Notes under the pieces: generated by a model
What the model saw: the letters and a program-made list of their open reading frames with translations, nothing else
What the model was told of the DNA's origin: nothing
The model's database searches: none
Shown here: positions 56,558-64,000 of the stretch, in pieces
Position numbering within the stretch: position 1 is the stretch's first letter
How the letters are laid out: every line of letters begins with the position of its first letter
Assembly (NCBI GenBank): GCA_963735035.1
Contig: CAVTJJ010000004.1
Coordinates: 1,088,001 to 1,152,000 of the forward strand
Length of the DNA: 64,000 nt
Direction of reading: 5' to 3'
DNA from: an uncultured candidate division Zixibacteria bacterium
GTDB lineage: Bacteria; Zixibacteria; MSB-5A5; GN15; FEB-12
Program-made: the position numbers and the translations under genes

Positions 56558-57355
56558 ATGTCAGTTCTCCAGTCGTTCTGTCACTATGCTGCCGACCCCT
56601 GGTTCAATATGGCTTTCGACGAGGCCATGCTGGAGGAAGTCGATCAATGTCCCGAGAAGATTATTATTCGTCTGTATACTTGGGAGCCGGGTGCGATCAC
56701 GATCGGTGTGAACCAGCAGGTAGAACGAGCCGTGCGACTTGAGAATCTCGGTGATACCCCCTTGCTCCGGCGGATCACCGGCGGACGCGCTGTCTACCAC
56801 GATGTTTCCGAACTGACTTACGCCATAGCCCTGAATTTGGAGAATCCCGATCTCGCTGGTTGGCGCCCTTCGGTGAGTAGCGTGTACCTTCGCCTGGCCG
56901 AAGGACTGCGTCTGTTTCTCGACAGGTTAGGTCGACCGACGCAAATTGTGCGACGTGGTGTCGGCGAAAATCCCCAGCGGGCTGATTACATTACGGCACC
57001 ATGTTTTGAATCTGCTGCCCGCTACGAACTGACCTTTGCCGGAGCGAAACTGCTGGCTTCAGCTCAGCGGCAAGCCGGCTCGGCAATCTTGCAGCACGGC
57101 TCAATCAAGCTCCACGGGGCGGTGGTTCATCCGGCTCTGCGGGGAGGTGTTACGATTTCTGAACATGCCCATCAAGCGATTGAGCAAGAACGCCTTGAAG
57201 AGTTTTCCACACAGTTCATCGAGACTTTGGGTGGGTGGTTTGGAGTGGAAATGTTTGATCGCACAACAGCCACACCGTCCCTTCACCGCCTGGGTGCTCG
57301 TCTGGCAATGATTCGTTCTGATCCCTTGGGCAAGCGCATTCCTGTTGAACGCTGA
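56558..57355 (+). CDS. Lipoate-protein ligase A / LipM-like octanoyltransferase
   Basis: NMAFDEAML, RLYTW, RRITGGRAVYH, ELTY, PCF, KLLASAQ, LQHGSI. Confidence 0.88.
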   Translation: MSVLQSFCHYAADPWFNMAFDEAMLEEVDQCPEKIIIRLYTWEPGAITIGVNQQVERAVRLENLGDTPLLRRITGGRAVYHDVSELTYAIALNLENPDLAGWRPSVSSVYLRLAEGLRLFLDRLGRPTQIVRRGVGENPQRADYITAPCFESAARYELTFAGAKLLASAQRQAGSAILQHGSIKLHGAVVHPALRGGVTISEHAHQAIEQERLEEFSTQFIETLGGWFGVEMFDRTTATPSLHRLGARLAMIRSDPLGKRIPVER

Positions 57356-57424
57356 GCCCCTAATGTCAGTCTATAACACAGATACCGTAAAGGTCGGAAT
57401 GTCCGGCCCTGCGCAAGAATTCGC

Positions 57425-57454
57425 TTGACTTGCCAGTTCGGGAGAGCCTATTTT
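57425..57454 (+). promoter_or_regulatory. sigma70-like promoter with ~220-nt 5' leader before the TonB-dependent receptor
   Basis: TTGACT-18 nt-TATTTT; RBS AGGAGG at about 57666. Confidence 0.45.
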
Positions 57455-57679
57455 CAAAGGTTAGTTTGTATGGTGTGTTGGTTTGGCGTAACCGTAAGTG
57501 AATGTGGAGGTTGGCGGAAATTATCCGGCACTCGAGAGTCGCTTCGCCCTTCCCGCAGAGGTTACATATAGGACAAATGGTAAGTTACAATTGCAGGCAT
57601 CAGTGGGTTCACGACTTGGCCCGCCGGCTTTTCTGGCGCACCGGTGCTTGAGCGTTTTGTGGTTTAGGAGGAAGAGCTA

Positions 57680-60600
57680 ATGGCTGGGATTGGCAAAAGG
57701 CTGCTCGCATGTATTTTGTTGGCAACGATGGCATTGCTGCTCTTGTCAACTTACTCTTTTGCTGGCACCACCGGACAGATCAAAGGACGGGTCGTCGACG
57801 AGTCCGGCAAACCTGTGATCGGAGCTTCGGTGCTGATCGTAGGAACCACTCAGGGCGCCATGACCGATGTGGACGGGAATTTCCAGGTCCTGCGTGTAGA
57901 TCCGGGAACATATGTTCTGCGCATATCGAGCGTGGAATATACCACCGTCGAGGTCACGAATGTCATCGTCAAGATTGATGAGACTTTCGAAGTCAATCAG
58001 AAGATGGCGGCCAAGGGTGCCACCGACATTAACAAGACCATCACGGTGGAAGGCACCCAGGACATTCTGGACAGATTCGTTACTGACAGCCGTGTGGTAA
58101 TAAGCCAGGAAGCGATCAGGCAGCGTCCGGTGCTTACCGTTGACAACTTGCTGGAGCAGGTGGCGGGTGTCCGTACCACGGCCGAAGGCGAAGTGTTCGT
58201 GCGTGGCGGTCGCGCCGGTGAAGTGGCGTACATCGTTGACGGTGTCCCGATCGGCGATCCGCTCGGCAGCGGTCGCGGTCAGATCGGCGCCTCGCTCTCA
58301 CTGGTGTCAGGTTCGATTGCCGAAATTCAGGTCATCAAGGACGGTTTCGATCCTGAATATGGCAATGCCCTTTCAGGTATTGTCAATATTCGCAGTTTCA
58401 CCGGCGACAAGAACAACACGCGAATGGAACTGCAGTGGATCACCGACGACTTCGGCAACCGGAGTCTCAACAAGTATTCTCGCAATTCCGATTACTTTCA
58501 GGCGACTCTTTCCGGTCCGGACCCGCTGATAAGTGACAAGCTTCTGCCGGCTATGGGACTGAACTTCCTCAAGGATCAGGAGTTTACCTACTTCCTCTAT
58601 GCCAGCGTGGACAAGAACGACGGCATCTACAAGATGCAGGATTACAATACTCCGACGACTGTGCGGAAGTGGCCTACTTTCGGCATTCTCGGCTTTGATG
58701 TGCCGGAACGCCTCAAGAACAATTACCACGTCGAGTCCAATTTTAAGTTCCGTCCGCGTCAAAACCTGAAGTTCGTACTTTCATATAAGAAGTACGTTAA
58801 CAAGATAACGCTTTTCTCCCGCAGCGAATGGGCCTATCGATATTCGAATTCTACGGCTCCAATTTACAACCAGGACTGGTATACGCTGTCTCTCGAAACC
58901 ACGCATTCGGTTTCGCGAAACATGAACTATGAGCTGATCTTCTCAATCTACAACGAAAAGAACAGCGAAAAACCTTCCGACCCCAATCATCCGGGCACGA
59001 CCCTTGATCCGTACGATATGTATACCGATGCCGGTTGGGAAACCTTTCAGGATAACAACGGCAACGGTGTTTACGATCCCCCGGAACCGATCATCAATCT
59101 GTTTGGTGACACCGCCAACTACGGCACCGGTTTCAACGGTCCGGCCTATACTTTCGGAGAGAACAACAGTTACACGAACCAGCAGGGCGGAACGCCCATC
59201 CGGAGCAATTTCCGTTTCAATAATAACGGTGTCATAGACAACCTTGAAGGTGAGCCGTTTATCGACCTCAACGGAAACGGTGTCTGGGATCGGGGCGACT
59301 ATTTGAACGATCGCAACGGCAATGGCATTCTCGACAGCGACCGTCGTCCGACCGTCCAAACGCCCAGTGCCGAACCGTTCGTTGACGGTGACTCGATCAT
59401 CGGCGAACCGTTTGTCGATCTAAACTACAATGGTGTGTACGAACCGCGCATAGATGTGTTCTTTTTCGACGCTGATCCTGCCAGAAATCAGGATCTAAAT
59501 TACAACGGCATATACGACGGCCCCAATTCTCCCTGGACCCCGGGCGTGCCTTTCCTGGATCGTGACGGCGACGGATTGTACGACTACCCTAACAATGTCT
59601 ACGATCCGGGTGAGCCGTTCACCGACGTTAACGGCAATGGCAAGTATGACTACGGCGGCTCGAGTACTTTTCTGGAGCCGGGGACTTATGCTTCCGGTTT
59701 TGTCTGGTCGGAGCAGACCGTTCGGCGAATTCGCGGCGAAGTAAAACTGACGCGCCAGATGAATCGCCACGAGGTCAAGGCCGGTTTCTTCTTGCAACGA
59801 GAGCAGTTGTATCAGGGAGAGATTACCAACCCATATTTGCAGTACAATGGTCGTCCGGACTATAGTAACCCCTACTCGACTCGCGGCCTTTTCCGCGATT
59901 TCTATCGGTACGATCCGATCTCCGGAGCCGTCTATGCTCGTGATAAGATCGAATACGGTTCGATGGTGGCGTCGCTCGGTCTGCGCTGGGATTTCTTCCT
60001 GCAGGATACGAAGGATCTGGCGCGGGCGCTCAAGAGTGATGACCGCGGCGGTAAGATTCTGGGTGATCGGCAGCAGTTTGCTCCAAGAATTGGATTCTCT
60101 TATCCGATTTCCGACAAGGCCAAAGTGTACTTCAACTATGGTCACTTCTTCCAGTTGGCCGGTCTATACACGATGTACAAGCGCAATACTATCAGTGCCG
60201 ACCAGAACAACGTTCTGGGTAATCCCAACTTGAATTATCAGAAGACGATTCAGTATTCGTTCGGCATTAAGTACGCTATGAATGAGAGCTATACTATTGA
60301 CGCCCAGGGGTACTTCAAGGACGAGTTTGACAAGATCAACGCCGGTAACATTTACGAAGGCGAGCTGGTGCGGCAGCAGTATCTCAACAAGGACTATGGA
60401 CGCAGCCGCGGATTTGAAGTCACGCTGGAGCGCTCCGGCGGCGGCCTGGTCAACGGCAACATCAGTTACACCTACGCTTTCGCGTTCGGCAAGGATTCGA
60501 AGTCGGCCGAGCAGTTCAACCGGGACCTGGAGTCGCGTGAGGCTTTGACCGAGTCTCCCATGAACGAGGACATCCGCCACACCGTCAAGGCTGCGGTTAC

Positions 60601-61033
60601 TATCGACATGCCGTCAACGGTTAAGCCGAGACTCTTTGGTGTCCCCATTCTAAACGGCTGGAGTCTGGCTATTGAGGGTCTGGTTGAGAGTGGCGCGCCA
60701 TATACTCCGTCCAGCACTTTCCCCGGTCTGGCTGGTTCGACTACCTCACCGCAAAAGAATTCGATGCGTTTCCCGATGACCGCGGCGTTCGATATCCGTT
60801 TTACGAAAGACTTCGGACTGGCGGGGCTCGACTGGAAAGGCATCCTCTGGGTTGAGAACCTGTTCAATCGGCGCAACGTGGTGGCCCTGGCGGGCGATCC
60901 GAGTTCCACCGGACGAGCTGACACCAATCAGAACATTAACGGAGTCGTGTATGGCGGCTCAGAGTTCGACAAGAATCCCTATAACTGGGGTTATGGTCGC
61001 CAGATCCGGCTCGGTATTCAAGTGAGCATATAG
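57680..61033 (+). CDS. TonB-dependent receptor with CarboxypepD_reg-like N-domain and a large Ca-binding repeat insert
   Basis: AGTTGQIKGRV.D..G.P.IGASV, plug VRGGRAGEVAYIVDG, GFDPEYGNALSGIVN, barrel (GLRWD, PRIGFSYPI, YFNYGHFFQ, GNPNL, ENLFN, RQIRLG); insert with repeated EPFxDxNxNGxxD. Confidence 0.9.
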   Translation: MAGIGKRLLACILLATMALLLLSTYSFAGTTGQIKGRVVDESGKPVIGASVLIVGTTQGAMTDVDGNFQVLRVDPGTYVLRISSVEYTTVEVTNVIVKIDETFEVNQKMAAKGATDINKTITVEGTQDILDRFVTDSRVVISQEAIRQRPVLTVDNLLEQVAGVRTTAEGEVFVRGGRAGEVAYIVDGVPIGDPLGSGRGQIGASLSLVSGSIAEIQVIKDGFDPEYGNALSGIVNIRSFTGDKNNTRMELQWITDDFGNRSLNKYSRNSDYFQATLSGPDPLISDKLLPAMGLNFLKDQEFTYFLYASVDKNDGIYKMQDYNTPTTVRKWPTFGILGFDVPERLKNNYHVESNFKFRPRQNLKFVLSYKKYVNKITLFSRSEWAYRYSNSTAPIYNQDWYTLSLETTHSVSRNMNYELIFSIYNEKNSEKPSDPNHPGTTLDPYDMYTDAGWETFQDNNGNGVYDPPEPIINLFGDTANYGTGFNGPAYTFGENNSYTNQQGGTPIRSNFRFNNNGVIDNLEGEPFIDLNGNGVWDRGDYLNDRNGNGILDSDRRPTVQTPSAEPFVDGDSIIGEPFVDLNYNGVYEPRIDVFFFDADPARNQDLNYNGIYDGPNSPWTPGVPFLDRDGDGLYDYPNNVYDPGEPFTDVNGNGKYDYGGSSTFLEPGTYASGFVWSEQTVRRIRGEVKLTRQMNRHEVKAGFFLQREQLYQGEITNPYLQYNGRPDYSNPYSTRGLFRDFYRYDPISGAVYARDKIEYGSMVASLGLRWDFFLQDTKDLARALKSDDRGGKILGDRQQFAPRIGFSYPISDKAKVYFNYGHFFQLAGLYTMYKRNTISADQNNVLGNPNLNYQKTIQYSFGIKYAMNESYTIDAQGYFKDEFDKINAGNIYEGELVRQQYLNKDYGRSRGFEVTLERSGGGLVNGNISYTYAFAFGKDSKSAEQFNRDLESREALTESPMNEDIRHTVKAAVTIDMPSTVKPRLFGVPILNGWSLAIEGLVESGAPYTPSSTFPGLAGSTTSPQKNSMRFPMTAAFDIRFTKDFGLAGLDWKGILWVENLFNRRNVVALAGDPSSTGRADTNQNINGVVYGGSEFDKNPYNWGYGRQIRLGIQVSI

Positions 61034-61069
61034 TCTGGAAGAGATTTGATGAGCATAAACGAGGTAGAC

Positions 61070-62080
61070 ATGTTAACGCAACCAGGTCGGACATTCCGAC
61101 GCCTTCGATCCGGGCATGGGTCAGCAATGATCCTGTCCTTGTTACTCGCAGCCTTGGTTGTTTCCCTGACGCCCGCGGGTGTTTACGCTCAGGCGAAGGT
61201 CGGCACGACCGGAGCTCAGTTCCTGGAACTGGGTGTCTCGGCACGATCTATGGGAATGGCGGACGCTTTTGCGGCCGTGGCTAGCGACGTGTCGGCGGTG
61301 TATTACAACCCGGCCGGACTGACGTCGCTGCTGGGAACAGAGGTGATGGCAACTTACATTGATATGCCGGCCGATGTTCAGTACGGCTTTGCGGGCGTCG
61401 GTTTTCCGCTCGAATCCGTAGGCGGTGTGTTGGGTGTGGGAATATATGCCCTTACATCGGGCTCGATGATAGAGCGTACCTACGAGAGCGGCGTGGACTA
61501 TCCCGCCGAGGGAAAATTAGGCACCGGTCGGACGTTCGCCTGGAACGACCTGGCAGTCTCGGTCGGATATGGACGGTATCTCACCGACCGTTTCTCGCTC
61601 GGCTTCACGGTCAGGTACATCGGTGAATACGTGCATGACTATACGGCCAGCAGTTGGTCGGCCGATGTCGGTACCTGTTACAACACCGGTTATCACAATT
61701 TCAAGCTCGCTATGGCGATCACCAATTTCGGACCTGACTTGAAATTCATCGAGAAGCCTGCGCCTCTGCCGATCAATTTCAAGTTCGGCGGTTCGATCAA
61801 TGTCATCGACGGCACCAACCATGTGTTGACACTCGTTGCCGAGGGTTCGCACCCATCCGACAACCTGGAGAAGTACAACGCCGGTATGGAGTATCTCTTC
61901 ATGGACCGGTTTGCACTGCGCGCCGGGAGCCGGTTCAACTATGACGTTGACGGCTTGACCTTTGGCGCCGGGCTGCGCTTGCCGTACGGCGAGGACGGAC
62001 AGATCACTTTCGATTATGCCTATCAGGATTTCGGCATACTCACTGAAGTGCACCGATTCTCGATCGGTTTTGCATTTTGA
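61070..62080 (+). CDS. PorV/PorQ-family beta-barrel protein
   Basis: AKVGTTGAQFLELGVSARSMGM, YYNPAGL, LTDRFSLG, NFGPD, LP..FKFG, HPSDN.E, DYAYQDFG.L..VHRFS. Confidence 0.88.
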   Translation: MLTQPGRTFRRLRSGHGSAMILSLLLAALVVSLTPAGVYAQAKVGTTGAQFLELGVSARSMGMADAFAAVASDVSAVYYNPAGLTSLLGTEVMATYIDMPADVQYGFAGVGFPLESVGGVLGVGIYALTSGSMIERTYESGVDYPAEGKLGTGRTFAWNDLAVSVGYGRYLTDRFSLGFTVRYIGEYVHDYTASSWSADVGTCYNTGYHNFKLAMAITNFGPDLKFIEKPAPLPINFKFGGSINVIDGTNHVLTLVAEGSHPSDNLEKYNAGMEYLFMDRFALRAGSRFNYDVDGLTFGAGLRLPYGEDGQITFDYAYQDFGILTEVHRFSIGFAF

Positions 62081-62098
62081 TAGGCTAAAGGCGGAAAC

Positions 62099-64000
62099 AT
62101 GAAAACATCGAAATTAATCATTATAGTTCTGGCGCTCGGCGCTCTGGCGTTGTCGGCTCTCTGGATTGGCGGTTGCGCCAAGAAACTGGAGGGTACCGCC
62201 TATGAAAACGAGAAACCGATCGTATGGTTCGTGAACGTTCCTCCGGAAGGTGCCCGTTCGTCGGTAAATCCGATCATCAACTGGTATGGGCAGGATCGCG
62301 ACGGACAGATCAATTTCTTCCGGTATATCGTTATCCGGGAGTCCGACTTGGGTGTCACGCTGGGAAAACCTTCGGATTGGAATCCACTCTCCGAGCCGCT
62401 CAGCGAGACTGAGATGCAGACTTTCGTCAATGATCACTTGGCGAATATTTCGGACACTCTCTGGACTCGTCTTCTGGTGCGGGCCGATTCGGTCGATCCG
62501 CACACGAGCAACATCATTCCGATGTCGGCTCAAATCGACAATCCGGTACTTACTTTTGTGCCGCAGTTTGTTTTCGTGCAGGCTTTCGATGAGAAAGGGC
62601 TTGGCTCTGATATCGTCTACCGTCGCTTCCTGCGCAATGACAATCCTCCGGCGACCCGTATCGTTGGCTTCATTGACGGTGTAGCGTTCATTAATGCCGC
62701 CGTTCCAACCGGCCCGGCGACGGGAGTTCGCATAAGATGGTCGGGCAGTGATGTAATCGACTATCCCTCTGAAGCACCGCCATTTGAATTCGAGTGGAAA
62801 TTGTTCGGACCGTACACTCAGGCGCAATACGACCACATACTTGACTTTTCCATGCGCGGGCCTTTCTTGAAGAAAGTGTTTGTGACAAACGATGCCCGGG
62901 TGTTCAAGTTCTACGAACCGGCTGTCACCATAACTGATACTATCTGGAATACTGAGCACACGGCCGAAGATTCGATCATTACGTACTTGCAGGGGACTAT
63001 ACTGGTCGTTTGTGACACTACGTTCTCGGGCGGTATCGAGACGGAGCACTGCGACACGATTCTCATCGATACTGTACCCGGTAGCAACATTTACGGCAAT
63101 GTCGATACCCTGCTTCAAGTGTGGGATGAAGTTTTTGACACGAGTTCTTACTATATCGTAGCGGACAGTTCTCACGACGAGTTCGGCAACAACTGGACGA
63201 CCGAGTTGAGTGACTCCATATATGACGTATACAAGGATCACCCCGCCGATACGACTCAGGCCGGCAAGTACATCTTTGTTATCCGCAGTCGCGACGATGC
63301 CAAGGTGCCGGATTTGACCCCCGCTTTCAAGGGGTTTACGGTCATTAATCCCCAGCATGAGCGGGATATCTTGGTTGTTGACTGGCTGCCGACGGGTGTC
63401 GAAAACAGAGCCAAGTATAACTCATCAAAGGGCTATTGGAATGCGGCTATTGCGAATTGGATGAGCGTCGATTCAGTCCCGATAGTATATTCTGCCGCGA
63501 TCGATTACCACCACATTGGAGACTACAATAACTACCCCGAAGAAATATTGATTGGCCTCCTGAAACATAAGGTTGCAGTCATGATTCAGGACGGCGCCGG
63601 AGGCGGTACTTGGGGTGCTCAGGGACCAATGACCAGATCGGTGTACACTGCTCTACAGTCTGGCGTGAATATCTGGGTTGCTATGCGTGTGCCTCTTGGG
63701 AATTATGCTTGGAATTCGCCTCGTGCTACTGACATTGCCAACGGCGATTACCAGTACTTCTTCGGAGTGCAGCAAATTGCTTTCCCCGGCTGGGGCAGCT
63801 ACTTGTTGGGAACTCCTCTGGGGGTCCCGCGTGTTGAAGATTTTGTTGGGGCGCTGTCGCTTGACAAGGACCAATGGCCTGATCTGTCGGTAGATACAAC
63901 TCTGCTTAGAATTCGCTATGTGTGGGAACCTGATTCTTCTACTACTGGAATTCTTTCAGGGTGGGGAGACGCCACTCTCTTCCCGTGCTATCCATACAGA
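62099..64000 (+). CDS. Large lipoprotein (3' end beyond window)
   Basis: Manual translation from ATG 62099: MKTSKLIIIVLALGALALSALWIGG|CAKKLEG...NEKPIVWFVNVPP...INWYGQDRDG...VQAFDEKGL...NDNPPATRI...WSGSD...RSRDDAKVPDLTPA. Open to the window end, so absent from the ORF track. Confidence 0.85.
   Translation, partial: MKTSKLIIIVLALGALALSALWIGGCAKKLEGTAYENEKPIVWFVNVPPEGARSSVNPIINWYGQDRDGQINFFRYIVIRESDLGVTLGKPSDWNPLSEPLSETEMQTFVNDHLANISDTLWTRLLVRADSVDPHTSNIIPMSAQIDNPVLTFVPQFVFVQAFDEKGLGSDIVYRRFLRNDNPPATRIVGFIDGVAFINAAVPTGPATGVRIRWSGSDVIDYPSEAPPFEFEWKLFGPYTQAQYDHILDFSMRGPFLKKVFVTNDARVFKFYEPAVTITDTIWNTEHTAEDSIITYLQGTILVVCDTTFSGGIETEHCDTILIDTVPGSNIYGNVDTLLQVWDEVFDTSSYYIVADSSHDEFGNNWTTELSDSIYDVYKDHPADTTQAGKYIFVIRSRDDAKVPDLTPAFKGFTVINPQHERDILVVDWLPTGVENRAKYNSSKGYWNAAIANWMSVDSVPIVYSAAIDYHHIGDYNNYPEEILIGLLKHKVAVMIQDGAGGGTWGAQGPMTRSVYTALQSGVNIWVAMRVPLGNYAWNSPRATDIANGDYQYFFGVQQIAFPGWGSYLLGTPLGVPRVEDFVGALSLDKDQWPDLSVDTTLLRIRYVWEPDSSTTGILSGWGDATLFPCYPYR

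Noticed and set aside
62114..63358. 414-aa minus-strand ORF
   Set aside because: Antisense shadow of the plus-strand lipoprotein starting at 62099, which has a lipobox and operon context.

Overview
A 64-kb chromosomal segment (GC roughly 55-60% by eye) from a diderm bacterium. The gene content (two PorV/PorQ-like genes, T9SS-CTD-like secreted proteins, a TonB-dependent receptor with Ca-binding inserts, lptE) suggests a non-Bacteroidota member of the FCB group such as Zixibacteria; this is an inference. Housekeeping genes include aspS-phoH-pgpH-ybeY-corC, murA, rnd, hutU/hutI, a LonC-type protease and tRNA-Glu(CTC). Five items stand out. (1) A larE-larB-larC nickel-pincer (NPN) cofactor operon has no larA in the window but is flanked by a Tat-exported DUF362 protein that keeps a LarA-like His-x9-Lys...His arrangement, a membrane polyferredoxin, a DUF6599-like lipoprotein and a Tat-exported Fe-S aldo/keto reductase; this is a candidate periplasmic NPN-dependent redox system. 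(2) An archaeal-type gatE-gatD amidotransferase operon sits in a bacterial genome. (3) A small secreted GEHPWD peptide gene lies directly upstream of a TPR-GAF-sigma54 activator, a candidate peptide-sensing circuit. (4) A TonB-receptor/PorV/lipoprotein operon and CTD-bearing proteins suggest a T9SS-like surface system. (5) A leader-peptide attenuator precedes an MdlAB-like ABC exporter. Several REP-like palindrome families occur in intergenic regions. Eight apparent +1 frameshifts in six genes, including aspS, most likely are sequencing errors.
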